DNA of 64,000 bases from Vicugna vicugna (taxonomy: Eukaryota), in contig MU058463.1 in assembly GCA_013265495.1 (NCBI GenBank), positions 620,001 to 684,000 on the forward strand. The letters run 5' to 3'. This document shows, piece by piece, positions 15,055-28,830 of this stretch (position 1 is its first letter; every line of letters starts with the position of its first letter). A model generated the notes under the pieces. That model searched no databases. It saw only the letters and a program-made list of their open reading frames with translations, and was not told where the DNA came from. The translations under genes were made by a program, and so were the position numbers.

Positions 15055-15912
15055 AAATGGAACATTACTCAGTCAGAAAAAAGAATGAAGTCTTGCCATT
15101 TGCAGCAACATGGATGGACCCTAGAGGATATTATGCTAAGTGAAATAAGTCAGACAGAGAAAGATAAAAACTGATTTCACTTGTATGTGGAATCTAAAAA
15201 ACAAAACAAATGAACAAGCGTAACAAAACTGACACAGAGTCATAAATACCAAGAACAAACAGGTGGTTGCCCATGGGAGGTGGGTGAGTAAGCAGTGAAA
15301 TAGTGAGGGAGATTAAAAGGTACAAACTTCCAGTTACAAAATAAATAAGTCACTAGTATGTACTGTGTGATGAATATAGTCAATAATAATATCATCTCTT
15401 TGTGTGGTGACTATGGTATTTAGGCTTATCTTAGTGATCCTTTTGTAATGTATAGAAATATCAAATCACTATGTTGTGCACCAGGAACTAACATAGTTTT
15501 GTAGCTCACTTATACTTCAAAAAGAAAGAAACAAACAAACTCATGAAAGTAAAGATTGAATTTGTTGTTAGAAGCAGAAGAAGGAAGGGGGAATTGGATG
15601 AAGGTAGTAAAAATGTGCGAACTTCCAGTTATAAATAAGTACCAAGGATATAACATACAACATGATAAATATAACTAACATTGATATATGTTATTTAAGT
15701 TCTAAAGAGTTTAAATCCTAAGAGTGTTCATTAGGAGGAAATATTAACTTTCTTTTTCTTTTATTTTGTATCTGTATGAGATAGGGGATCTTCACTAAAC
15801 TTATTGTGGTAATCTTTTCATGGCACATGTGAGTCAATCATTATGCTGTACGCCTTAAACTTCTTGTACAGTGGTGTATGTCAATTATATCTCAGTAAAA
15901 GTGTAATGAAAA
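15055..15912 (+). mobile_element. LINE-1 3' end (ORF2 C-terminus and 3'UTR, L1MA-like)
   Basis: Canonical L1 end motif aagaatgaagtcttgccatttgcagcaacatggatggaccctagaggatattatgctaagtgaaataagtcagacagagaaag. Ends ...tgtcaattatatctcagtaaaa. Confidence 0.9.
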
Positions 15913-15989
15913 ATATATATCTGTTTTCTTTAATGCAGTGATTTTTGCTTCTTAAAGACTATTTTAAATATTGGTGTTACAATCTCACT

Positions 15990-16320
15990 TTATGTGTGTA
16001 TTTCTGTATATTATGTGATCATGTGTGGTTGTGTGTTGTTTGGTCATGTAGGGGGGTGTGTGTGGTTTGTATGTATATATTTGTGTATGCACATGTGGTA
16101 TGTGTGAAATGTGTTTGTGTGTGCATATGTATACACATGAGCATGTGATGTGTGCCTGTGGATCTGATATGTCCATATACATGTGTGGATTTTTGTATAT
16201 GTGTGTTTATGTGTGTGTGGGCCTGTGTATGTGTGTGTATTCATTTGTATATGCATGCATGTATGTTTATGAATAGGGGATGTGTGTGTCCTTGTTTATT
16301 TGTTTGTGGTTGTATATGTG
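15990..16320. repeat. Degenerate (TG/TA)-rich low-complexity tract
   Basis: About 330 bp of alternating purine-pyrimidine sequence, which generates the spurious C/V/M and H/T-rich ORFs. Confidence 0.85.
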
Positions 16321-17939
16321 CTTCCTTTCAGTTTTATGGTCCTGCTTGATTTGATTTATGACATTCTTCTGTAATGAGCACATGTCTCAACATTTAATTT
16401 GGCGACTTTGCTTTTAGACAATATTTAATAGTTTTTTATTATAGATGTGTCCTTGCATGTGAAGGCTAGTTCTATTTTCTCAAGGAAACTATTCTTTTTA
16501 ATCTTTTTGAAGATATGAATTACACATTTCTATGTTCCTTTCTTGCTCTGAACAATAAATCCAGTTCAAAGAAAGTTATTTCTTCAATCCTTTAGGGTCG
16601 TCCTCTTATATATCTTTCAATAGATCATCCTTTTTTTCCTCCCAGTTTTACTGCTTTGGCTTTCTGCTTGTTATGTGCTTTTTTCTGCTATGGAAAGACA
16701 TCACCAAAAAGCTTTATTTTTTTCCCTCCTTAATGGTCTCTTTGTAACCCTCTCAATTCACTGATGTTAGCAGGGTTTTATTTTATCCTTCACAAATGTT
16801 CCTTCCAGGTATGTTGCTGTGTCACTAAAAACAGTGTTGTTGTCCAGGTTTTATTTTGGATTTTTTTGGTTTGTTTTTTGCTTTTGGTTGGATTCCATCA
16901 AATTATATAAAGGCAGGAATTTAATGAGGATTTTGTCTTTTTGTTTTTTTTATGAAATTAGGAAAGAGAAAGAATTAGGATCCTGGCTAATGATCTTACA
17001 AATGATAAATATTATCCTAGAAAAGATAAAAAATTAACCTTTTAATATATAGGGGCAGGAACAAATCTCTATTATGCATAATTATGATTGAAAATATTTT
17101 CATGTTATATATGAGTAACATAATCCTTCTTGAATTCTGGTACAGATTATCACATATTGTTCTATACTTGACATATGAATGACCTCCCCTGTCACTGTTA
17201 CCCACTGTCTCAATTCTGCTTCCTGAAAAGTTCCTTTTTTTCCCCTGCAACATTATATAAATTCTTAGCCGGTATCTCTCTATACTTATCTTCTTGCTAT
17301 TTTTTATGTCAAAAAATAGTATCTTTTATTCTGTCTGTGTTCCAGAAAATTGACAAGTGCAATAATCAAGTTAGTCAAATAGTTAATGCAGACCAAAGAT
17401 TGAACACAAAGAAGATTATGAAAGTCTCTACAGAGGAAAAAATATATTTTCTACCAATATGTTCTGGAAAACAAAAGAGAGAACCAATTTAAGAAATGAT
17501 TATAATGCCACAGATGTTTAGAAATAGTTAACTGACACAAGAAGGAAAACAAGGATGTAGAAGAAAAAAGTGTTATTTGTAATTCTGATACATTAAAGAC
17601 TTTGGGATGCTGGTCACACATACAACTAAAATTGTTCAAGGGGCAGCTGAACAAAGGTCTAAACTTCTATTCGTAGGTATGATTGAATCAAGTACAGTTT
17701 TAAATTTCTGTATTTCTTAAATGATACTTATCCTTATATCTTTTCTACAGCTTTCAATATAATCTTAACAATTTTAAAACCAGATGATCATCCAAGGAAC
17801 AGTTTGTCACACAAAGAATCTAGCACTTTGACTTGCATTTAGCAGTTAGTTAACATCTTAAAATAATAAATTCATATAGAAGTGCAAAATATTCTACCAA
17901 GATCTTTCAATAAAGCCAAAGCTAATTAAGCATCTATAT

Positions 17940-18110
17940 CAATGGCAGTTCTGAAGGTAATTTTGATTGTTATTGCAGGAGACATGTTCCTGCCATTTAG
18001 TGAGTAGAGGCCAGAAATGCTGCTAGAAATTTTACAATGCATAGGGCAGCTCCACAATGAAGAATTATACAGCCCAAAATTTCACTAGTGCTAGAGTTTA
18101 GAAACTTTGA
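17940..18110. mobile_element. MER20-like hAT MITE
   Basis: gagtagaggccagaaatgctgctagaaattttacaatgcatagggcagctcc...aagaattatacagcccaaaatttcactagtgc. Confidence 0.8.
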
Positions 18111-18124
18111 TCTATATTGATTTA

Positions 18125-18290
18125 GAGAAGACATAGTGGAAGAAAAAGAAGGAGGGCAGAAGAAGGAGGTGGGGAGTAGGAAAACAAGGAAGAAGAAGAG
18201 GACAAGGAGGGAGAGGAGGAGGAGGAACCAGAAGAGAGAAGAGAGTGGAGGGAAGGGAAGGGAAGGCAGAATAGAAGGATGAGGGAGAAA
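18125..18290. repeat. GA-rich polypurine tract
   Basis: Mixed GAA/GGA/GGAAG repeats. Confidence 0.85.
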
Positions 18291-19729
18291 CAACATATTT
18301 TGTTGAAATAGTAAAGAAGGAATCAAAGACATTCTCATTTTGATTTCCAGGTTTCTTTCTTAGCATCTCTGTATTTGAAAATATTCTAATCCATTCACAA
18401 TCTAACAGAGGTACTTTATGTGATTATGTTCAGATCTTTGAAGAGGAAAGGACATAGATTTTCCTAGACTATCAAAGTCTCAAAGCATGAGTTAAACACA
18501 CTAGAAAGTCAACTACAATTTTACTACATTTACAGATGGATAAGGGGAAAAAAACCCAGTTTTTAAAAGTGAAGTAGAATGGTCAATTCAGTGTAGAAAC
18601 ATTAAGAAAAAGCCAAAGCTTTTGCATGTTTAGAAACTTTTTGAGCTGTGAATATTCTTCCCTATGTAATTAATATGACTGATAATTTTACTTAATGAAT
18701 TAAATTTTGGATGATGAATTAATAAGCATACATTATGCAGTATTAGTTGTGTATATTGTTAGCATTTTCTTGTAAAAGGAAAACTAAAATTGTAGTTCTG
18801 TCTTTATCCTGGAACAGCTGCTACTGATTAATGCATTATCATAAGACAACAGAAATGATTGCATGAGATAACACAGGATTTCCATAGAAAAGCTGTCAAT
18901 TTCATATTAATTCTTAACTAGAATTTTAGAATCTTTAGAACTGTTCTAAACTGTTCATATAATTTAAAACTTAACTTCTACCCTCATATGTGCCCTGAAG
19001 CCAGAGTTACACTGTTATAAAAAGAGTTGTAGAGAGTTACAAAAAGAAATGCTTGTGCTCAGTGTAAAGTTTAATTTTGTCTCACCTATATGCTCCCTAG
19101 CTCTCTGCAATCCTGCCACATTGGCTTTCTGTTCCTTTGATGTGTCACTTCCCTTTCCTGTTTCAGGACCTTGTGCACAATTTCCCCTCCTTTTTTTTTC
19201 ACATAAATTCTGCTTATTCCTAAGATCTTACCTTGCAGATCAGTTCCCCATAAAAGCCTTCCATGATTTCCCAAGTCTGGTCAGACTCCTGGTAGGTACA
19301 TATATAGATAATTCTCTGCTTTCTTCCTTTTCAGAACTTACCATACTTGTGATCAAATAATTAACTTTATAATTAGCTGTCCAAGGAAGTCTCCACTACA
19401 TGATAAGTTCCGTAAAGACAAGAGTGTATGTATTTGTTCACTGTTGTATACCATCATCCAGCAGAGTCCTGGCATGTTAGTAATCATTGGTGAGTGAGAG
19501 AATTGCCCAGTTCCTTGGCTGTCCTGGGAGAGGTAAGATGCATGGAATTGAAATCCAAAGAATCAGAGTTGTCATGTCAGGAGCTAGGTGATGTCAGCAA
19601 TGAAAAAGAATGAGTGATTCTGTTTCTAGTCGTGTTTGGTCAAGTCCTACCTTACTCCAATTCTCTTGATTTCATGTGAGAATTAATAGGTTTGGGCTGC
19701 TTAATTTTAGCCTCATATGTCAAATGGGA

Positions 19730-20211
19730 TGTGTCTCAGCTGTTTTTACATAGCAGATACAAAACTTAGTGGCTTTAAATTACAGTTATCTATTTGCTCA
19801 TCATTCTGTAAATTATTAACTTGGGCAGGGCTCATCTGGGATGGCTCACTTCTGCTGCACATGGAGTTGACTATACTCACTTGTGCTGGGGTCAGCTGGT
19901 CCTGGATGACCTCATTCATATGTCCAAGGTGTCAGCTGAGAGAGCTGGAATGGATGGGATGGCTGGGCTTCTCTTTCCATGTGATTTCTCACTGCATGAA
20001 GGTCATCATCCTCAAGAAGGCTAGCTGGGCTTCTTCTTGGGGTAACTGTGTTCCAGACGGTGAGCATGGAAACTGCAAGTGAACTGAAGCTTAGAAGTCA
20101 CACAGATCATTTTTGCCTCATTCTAATGTTCCAAGCAACTCAGATTCAAACAACTGAAAAATAGATTCCACTTCCTGCAAAAAAAAATGTGGTCATATTT
20201 AATCTATCACA
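19730..20211 (-). mobile_element. MaLR LTR (older MLT1)
   Basis: caaaacttagtggctttaaattaca...tatttgctcatcattctg...gggcagggctcatctggg; ends aatctatcaca. Confidence 0.75.
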
Positions 20212-21961
20212 GAAAGGCTTGGTGGAAGACACTGGGGGAAGAAACAGAAGTTAATATGCATACATTAAATAAATCTCATATTTTGAATGTAAAAAGTAGA
20301 AAATTTAAATATAAAAATTTTTTCCATTGAATAAAAGGTGAACAAATGCTTAAGGAATACTAACATAGAGTGATACCATATTGCTGTCTTGCTCAGTTTC
20401 CCATGTGTCTTGACTAGGCTCAGTATAAAGGGCCCCTTTGTTAGAAACAGATAACATCTTGTCTAGGGGACTATTCGAGGGAGGAACTTTTTATATCAGA
20501 TGATTTAAAATCCAATAAACAGGGCTTAAAAATAAAATAAAACAAAACAAAACACACAAAAAACCCCCTAAGTTCAAGATATTCCCTTATCATTACATTA
20601 ATTATTGGATAAATTGAATTTTATTAAGTTACTGAGGTTATAATTCCAAAATTGGGTCTTTGTTCATTCTCTTAATTTCATCATTTGTATATTTTTATAA
20701 ATTACATTCAATACTACTTAAGTAAATTGTATTTCTAGAATAATCTTTAAAGAGCTGGCTTTAAAATGAAAATGATTGTGTATTTTCAAGCTTAGAATGG
20801 TTTTCAGAAAATTATAGTAAAAAAGTCTTTTACATGTAATTATAATTTAAGATCTCTATAATTATAAATTATGGATGTATCATTATCTTCAAAGTACATG
20901 TCAAGATCACCCAATATTCTCTTCCTCAATTCATATACTGTCACCTATCTTTACAAATACAGTGAAATAACCTACAGAAACATAAATTTAAAATGTTTTC
21001 TTGTTTTAGAAATGCCAAACTCCTTTTCTACTGATTACATTAGGTTCGTCTGTTAAACACAATTTTACCTCATTAATATTCAAAAAAACTGATAAGTGAA
21101 AACTAATAATTCTTGCTAATCAGAGGCAAGTAACTGTTATTTTAAAATACAAACCTAAAATAGAAAAATGCTATTTTCTTTTTAATTATAAAAATACAGA
21201 AATATACCACTTTTTAAATCTTGGGAAAGAATGATTGAGGCTAATTATCTTAATAAAACCATAAACTTCCTGGTGCCAACATTCGCAATCCAAAAAAGGA
21301 GCCATGTCAATGCCCAGATGATAACTGTTTGCTATTTTTCTCTCTCTTCCCCATTTTACAAAAATTGAGACATTGTGTAAGCCCACCGTCTGCCTTTGAT
21401 GATTCAGTCTAGCATTAATTAGGGTCACTACTTTAAGATCATGGAATGATTTGGTATTTCCCCCTGTATAATATATGCATCTTAATTGCTGGGGAAAGGA
21501 ACAATCCAATTCATATCTTTGACACTGATATCTCTACAAAATAACATCTTTATTTTTTGAAACTGAATGATAACTATCATAAGACAAGGAGAATTCACAA
21601 GAAAAAACAGAAAAGGAAAATAAAAAAACAACTATCTTTAAGTTGGTAGAAAAGCACACTGAATCTTTTAAACTTCCCTGGTAGTTTTTCTCTTTCTCCA
21701 TCCATCTGCCATATGATGGGTGTGTGATCGGGACATATTTGAGGGAGCTAAAAATGGAAGAGATGACATAATGCTGCATTGGGATAAAATTTCTTATGGT
21801 CTATGTGGGTTTCATAGGTACTTAGACCTTGAAGTTGTATTTGACTGTTACATAATGTCCACCTAATGTAATCTTTGGATTCTCAAAAATAATATGAGCT
21901 CTCAATTCACTTTTAGACAGACTGGACTCCATCTCATATAGATACAAAATTAAATAAATAG

Positions 21962-22143
21962 ATTTGTGTGTGTGATGAGAATTCTAGGATTTACTCTTTT
22001 AACAACTTTCACATATAACATACAGCAGTGTTAATTATATTTTTCATGTTGTACATTGCATCCCTAGTGCTTTTTTATCCTATGACTGCAAGTTTGTGGT
22101 ACTTTTTGATTGCTTTCATCCAATTCTCCCCTCCTCCACTCCC
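21962..22143 (-). mobile_element. L1MA 3'UTR fragment
   Basis: tgtgatgagaattctaggatttactcttttaacaactttcacatataacatacagcagtgttaattata...catgttgtacattgcatccctag. Confidence 0.75.
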
Positions 22144-22255
22144 ACAGTAGTATGTTTTAATAATTTGTATAATAGGAAAAGTTACAGTAATAGGAAAATG
22201 TCAAATGTTTAGAAAGTTTTAAAGACACAAAAACTTAATATAATAAAATTAAGTA

Positions 22256-22932
22256 CACACATATCATGGTTTCTGGAGCTTCACTTTGTCGTGCTTCACA
22301 AATTGTTTTTTTACAAAGTGAAGGTTTGTTGCAACTCTGAGCCAAGCAACTCTATGGACACCATTTTTCCAACGATATTTGCTCACATCATGTCTTTGTG
22401 CCATGTTTTGGTAATTCTTACAGAGTTTCAAACTTTTCATCATTATTATATTTGTTATGACCTGTAAACAGTGATCTTTGATGTTATTATTGTAATTTTC
22501 AGAGGTGCCATGAACCACCCCCATGTAAGATAGCAAACTTAATCAATAAATGTGTATGTTCTGACAGCACTACCAAATGGCCCTTATCATGTCTTTCTGT
22601 CTCTCCTTGGACATCACTATTCCCTGAGACACAAAAATATTGAAATAAGGCCAACTAATAACCCTAAAATGACTTCTCGATGTTCAAGTAAAAGGAAGAG
22701 TAGTATGCTTCTCACTTTAAATAAAAAAGCTAGAAATGATTAATCTTAGTGAAGAAGGCATGTAGAAAGCCAAGACAGGCTGAAAGCTAGGCATTTTATG
22801 CCAAATAGTTAGCCAAGTTAGGAATGGAAAGGAAAGGTTCTTGACAGAAATTAAAGTTGCTATTCCAGTGAACACACAAATGCAATGAAAGCGAAACAGT
22901 CTAATTTGCTGATATGAAGAAAGAAAGTTTTA
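22256..22932 (+). mobile_element. Tigger1 (TcMar) DNA transposon, 5' fragment with decayed transposase start
   Basis: TA precedes a degenerate left end. Contains the Tigger1 motif TTTTTACAAAGTGAAGGTTTGT.GCAAC and the transposase N-terminus MTSRCSSKRKSSMLLTLNKK, followed by gctagaaatgattaatcttagtgaagaaggcatg; frameshifted. Confidence 0.9.
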
Positions 22933-25900
22933 AATTGGCATTAACATTAGATATTATTTCCTGACTCTTAACTACATGTAACTTGTCATAAAAGTGAAAT
23001 CCTTTCAGAATTAACATTTGCCAACAGTAGCAAATATTGGAATTGTATTTTCCTCTTCAAATTCACTCCTGTCAATAAGGAGGCTCTTCTTCCTAGAACC
23101 ACAGCAGTAGAGCAAGTTGATATTCCCAAATCCAATCCCAATTCCAGCAAAAATTCTCCCAGTACTCCTTTCACTCACACCTTTGCTCAATGACAATAGT
23201 GACTCACTTATTTTAACTGTTTTGATGCATTTCTGATAGTGAAATAGAGTATATGCATATATTTGTTGGACGCTTAAGGAGACAGGGTGCCCCACATAAA
23301 ATAAAAATACAGTGAAAGCATATTTATTTAAGTGTGTGCAATAATTATGAATTTGATTTGAAATAATACAATTCCCTGTTTTACTGAGGGAATAAAATAG
23401 GCTTTGAATCAATTAGTTAAACTTCAGGAGTAGTAGTAGCGTGCCCCTCAGATTAATTGGGGATAAACAAGCCCATCTGGCAGTGTGGTTTGAACTTTAA
23501 ATTATGTAATTTGCCTTTACTACCTAAAATAGTAGCATTACTGTCTCCCACTTTTTCCAACATAAGGCCATTATTTTTCATTAGCCATTAGTTTGACTCT
23601 CTCTCTCAATATCTGTGCCAATATCTAGATATCCATAATCTATATCTGTTGTGGAGGGAGAAAGTCAGATTAATGAAAAAAACATGTGTGTGACTGACTA
23701 ATCAATAAACATTTCTTGATAGCAAACCAAGCTATAAGAAAAATGCAATCCTTACCTAAGATATGTATAATTCATTGGGAGCAGTGAGGCATTTACAAGT
23801 GGAATGATATTTCCAGACATTAAATAATGAATTACAGGTCTGAGTCACATAACTTCTGAAGGTTTTTTTGAAGTTGATGTTATTCAGTGCACCATGAGGG
23901 ATGAATATGCACTTTTCTCAGAAATAATGCCAAAGTAGTTTCTGATATTTGTCATCCTTTACCATTTCCCTTTATTATGTGATAATTAATAGTCACTAAC
24001 TTCAATTCCTGGAAGCATAAAAAATTCAAGTTACAAGAATGCTTTGAGGTCGACTGGTCCAATGCATTCATTTTACCAATAAGGAAAATAAAATACTTTC
24101 TTTCATTTAATTTCAGAATAGCTGAGAGTTAAGGTCACAGACTTAATAGACTCCTTAACTGCACTCCCACATAAATTGCTGTACTTCTATTATTCTATAA
24201 TTATTTTAACCCTCAGCTTTCTTCCTCATTAGGTTTTCTTTTGTTCCATCTTCCCACACTATTTTCAGGACTTTCCACAGTGCTGTTTTCTGAATCTAGA
24301 GTAGCCTGATGCTTCAAAGCTTCCTCAAGATGCTATATTGTTTTAGTTTCTCTACTAATGCCGTATTAATAGAGGCCCCTCAGAGATGCAACAGAAAAAC
24401 ATTTCTATATATATATTATATAGTATTTTAACAATAGTTTGATTAAATACTTGTCTAATTTCCAACTAATGTTCATGTAAAATATAGAATAACTAGATAT
24501 GAAATCATCCTGAAAGAAATGCCATTGATTGAATTTTGATAACTTTAGATACTACGGTCTTGGTTGTATTTGTCAGTTGGTATTAAAATCATTTACATAC
24601 GTATATATTCAAAAAGCCAAAAAGTTTCTTTATTTTTAAATTTAATAAAGGGCTTATTTTTAAATAAGAATTGTATATTAAGATATTGCATTATAATAAA
24701 GCAGATTTATAGATAAAATAACTTCGAAGGGCACACCATTTAAGTATCTTTGAATATACATATATATGTTGTAATAGTAATAGTATCCAATAGTTTTATG
24801 CTTAGAAATTCTAAGTCCCTTTTACAAATCTGTATCAAGGAATCTTGGACAGAAGTATCTATTCTACCTGTTACGGATTTAGGTAAATTTATCTCAAATC
24901 CTCCAGTGTGACATATGAGAATATAGAGACAACCACAAGACTTAAGTCAATTAAGTTTCTTTTTTCCACATAATCATGAGTGTTCCCTCACTTATGTGCA
25001 AGCAGACAATTTTAATTACATCTTAATCACCTGAAGGCCAAACTCAATCCTTCTACTGGTTTCTATGAAAGTCCACAACCAAAATAATTAAAACATATTA
25101 TTAAACTCTTGTTTTTAATGCATTACTATGAAACGGTCCTATCACATTAGCTCATCTGTGGCTACCTAGCTTATAAAACCCACTAGATCGTGTCATCTTT
25201 CTCCTACTTTAGATCATTTCTCCAATGTCTCTGCCTAGGCCAGGGATTCTTTTATTATTAGCTTTCTCCAAGTTAGTTTATAAAGTAGTTTTAACAAAAG
25301 GTTAAATCACAGTAAACAGAATTTTGGTACAAATTACCATGACTATAGTGTTTCCACCATTACCTTATAGAAAAATCTGACGTGAATTCTTAAGCAGTTT
25401 TCAAGTGAATACTCAGAGCTGTCTTTTACCATGGAGCATTCTTCAGAGGCCTACTGGAACTTCAGCTTTTTTATAGGTTTTAATTGCCTACCATTGAGTT
25501 AGTCTCTCTTTATGCTGAACATCCTTCTGAGCTTCTGTATAAGGTCTTACACAATCTTCCTTTTAAAACAGCTCAATAGATTTTTAACAAATTATTTCTA
25601 AGCATTTGGGCTTTATCCTATACATATTACAAATATTACCTACTAGTGCGTATAGGTTTTGCTGTTTCTTTTTCATCATGGTTTTACTAATCATGTGCCT
25701 GCTTTGATGTCGTCTTTTTGTAATCCTCTACATCACCAGCATTCTTTATGTACTACTTCAGTGAGGTGCTGTTTCAAAAACCCTTTTGGGAAAATGAGTC
25801 ACTCCTGATTGAGCTATTACCTAAAAATTCATTGTGTTATTATGTAATATTATATATCATTCTTTTTAATATTAAGCACAATACTGTGTTTTACTCAGGA

Positions 25901-27249
25901 ATATTACATTTAGCTGCTGCTATACAACACAAATTGGTACTCCAATTAGGAGCTAAAACAGATTTTTTATTTTCAGTGTAGTCTACCACATTGTTAAATT
26001 TATCAAATAATTCTTTATAACTCTAATTATCAGTTAACATTTTGCAAGTACATAGTATCAAATTTTTAAAGGATATTTTTGTCTTTAACTTATGTTTTGT
26101 CCAAGTGGTTGAACCAATCTAACCAAGGTCATGAGTGATCTAAATGTTCCTAAATCTAATGGTCACCCTTCAGTCTCTACTCTGCTTGCTTTGTTTTGCT
26201 TTATTTTTGCTTTAGCAGCAATAAATGCTCTTGATCATCCTCTTCTATATGGAATATAATTTTCCCTTGAGTTCCTTGAGATCTCATTTTTGTTACATTT
26301 TCTTCCTAAAATCTTGGCTACTTTTGAGAATTCTTTGAGATCTCTATTTCCTCTAGCCAACCCATAATTGTGGAGAGCAGTCAAGATTATCTTATAGCCT
26401 TCTTTTCTAACTCTGAAAACTTTCCAGGTAATATCATCTACTCCCTTTTGCTCAGTTATCATCCAAATTCTGCTTCTTCATCTATCTCACAGACATAAAC
26501 CCCAATATACCCCAAATAAATTATCTCTCTGGGAATATCTATGCCTCCTTTAGTACAACCTACTTTGTATAAGTCACTATCATCCATGCATTAACCCTAA
26601 ATATTCATAAACATGAGTCATTCCTAATATCTTTTTTTATACACATTACCAATTCCCACACTAATTACTTCATAATTATATTTCAAATAGTTAATCCTTT
26701 ATATCACAATAAAATAAATTTAGTAATATCTACCACTTTCTATAAATGTTTCTATTACTGTCCATTCCTTGGTTCTTTCTCTGATTTCATTATTTTCTAC
26801 TTTGCTCTCCTGTGTTACCAACTTCTGACAGCTATAATGTCACTATGTAGTTATATTTTGAACTCTGGTCAAACACAATTTTCTGTAAATCCCATTGTTA
26901 TCTCTGTATGGTGAGAACTTGACATTTTAATTGGTCTAAATGTTGACTTCAGTATGTGTTAATGGAGGTCCAAAGGACTCTCCCTTTAGCAATCAATCAA
27001 CAAGTAAATGATGTTACTGAGAAATCCTGTTGAATAAATCATATCCATCATGTGTTGCTGGGTATCCTCTACACCTTTCTTTAGGTTTTACATATTTATT
27101 TTACTTATTTATGTTCAGGTATTGAGGTATTAGAGGGATGCTCTCACTTGGCCTATTAGCTTGTGTGTGTGTTAAGAAATGAATTTGCAGTCTTCTATTA
27201 ATCTCCATTGCTATTAAAAAAAAGCCTAACTTACACCCATCACAGTCAA

Positions 27250-27960
27250 CAGATATTTATTGTGTCTGGCAGTCACTATAAAAGCATCTGGAATATAGTA
27301 TTAAGAAACACACACCCATACTCACAATAAAACTCTCTTTTCCTGGAGTTCACTGTCAAGTAAGAGCAGTGAGGAGACATGGAAAACAGTTGACAAACAG
27401 AAAGAAGAGAATCTCACATAGTATGTGGAAGGTAATTTGTGGCACAATAGAAAAATAAATCAGAAGTTGGGATAGGGAGTAGTGTGGAGCACAGAGCATA
27501 TTACTTTTAAAGGGATTGTCAAGAAAATCTCATTGATCTTTAATAAAAGCCTAATGGCAGTAAAGAAGCTTATCATGGAACTCTCCAGGCAAAACTTTAA
27601 TTCTAGGAAAAAAAAAAAAAAAGAAGAACCAGTGCAAAAGTCTGGAAACTTCAAGGAATAGCAAGATTACATGAGAATAAAACAGACTGAATAAGAGAAA
27701 GTGTGAAAAAGAGAGCAGATGAGATATTAGTGCTGTTATATAGGCCCTTGTAGCCTTTACTCTGAAGGATTTGAACTGGGAAGGACAGCAGACATGATCT
27801 GACAGATTTTAAAATTTTATGTCTTGAAAATAGGAAGCACGAATATACAAAGATCAATAAGAATATTGATCTTATGTAATGTATCAGGTGTCAAACAATG
27901 GAGAACTGCATCATAGTAGTATTGGTTGAATATGAGAAGTGAAAAATGAGAACAGAAGAG
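27250..27960 (-). mobile_element. LINE-2 fragment
   Basis: cagtcaacagatatttattgtgtct...ctggagttcactgtcaagt...ggatttgaactgggaaggacagcagacatgatctgacagattttaaa. Confidence 0.6.
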
Positions 27961-28258
27961 GGTTAGAGTTGGGACATTAGAGATGAGCAGAAAGTCTTTG
28001 CATTATGTGGTAACGGCCATAAACAATTATCATGGGCATTATATGATTTGTGCCACAAACCTAGCATGGGCTTTAGAAGGGAGTGGAAAATGAAACCAGT
28101 TGCTTGCAAATAAAATTTGAAATTAGTCTCTGCATTACCATGGAATCACTGTTTACAGTGAGTCATGAATGCGGTAGCCTAAAGCACAACTTTGTTTATT
28201 CACAAGTATCTTACAACCTAATTTTATTCTGTTTCATTTGTAGTGAAGAGAAGGGAGT

Positions 28259-28581
28259 TGTAAAAAAAAAAAAAAATGGAAAAAAGTGTCGCTCATGATC
28301 CAGTTATACAAAGGTTTATTGCTCCTGATCCAGTTATACAAAGGGTTAAATGACAGTGCACCCTGAGGGAAATTGAAGATGGTTAAAAAAAAGGGGTGAG
28401 GCTTTCTGCGGGCCCCCTGCTTAGTTAAGATGTATATCTCAGGAAGAATTTCAGTGATCCCGGATTCTTGCATCTTCCCATGAATAGAAAGCACTAAAAT
28501 TATATTAAATTTAAATATTTGTTCTGTATGATTAGCAGTTAATTTACTGGGATGTATGCTTGACTACATGTATTTCCTAGC

Positions 28582-28612
<31 letters not shown>

Positions 28613-28830
28613 GGCTTCTCCCCTACCTCTTCAAAGTAGTTTACTCAGAGCTACTAAGTGGCTGTCTCCCAGGCTGTATTCCTCAGTAAGACCCTGAGTA
28701 ACACTTAAACTCACAGTTCTCATGTTGTGCATTTTTCTTTTAAGTTGATAATTTTGGTGACCAATTAGGGATCCAGAGCAGACTCCTCCCCTTCTCCATA
28801 ACTCTATGCGGATCTGGAGCCTTGGTACCA
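28259..28830 (+). mobile_element. ERV1-type LTR (to about 28750) followed by a PBS-like site and a short internal remnant
   Basis: Shares motifs with the LTR at 45.0-45.46 kb: GGATTCTTGCATCT at 28462 and 45186, CCCCT..CCTCTTCA, GCTGTA.TCCTCAG. Ends ...GTTGATA and is followed by TGGTGACCA...AGGGA. Confidence 0.72.

Noticed and set aside
15945..16349. Cluster of overlapping Cys/Val- and His/Thr-rich ORFs
   Set aside because: Artefact of the TG-rich low-complexity tract.
17997..18366. Hydrophobic, membrane-protein-like ORFs
   Set aside because: Translations of the GA-rich tract and MER20.
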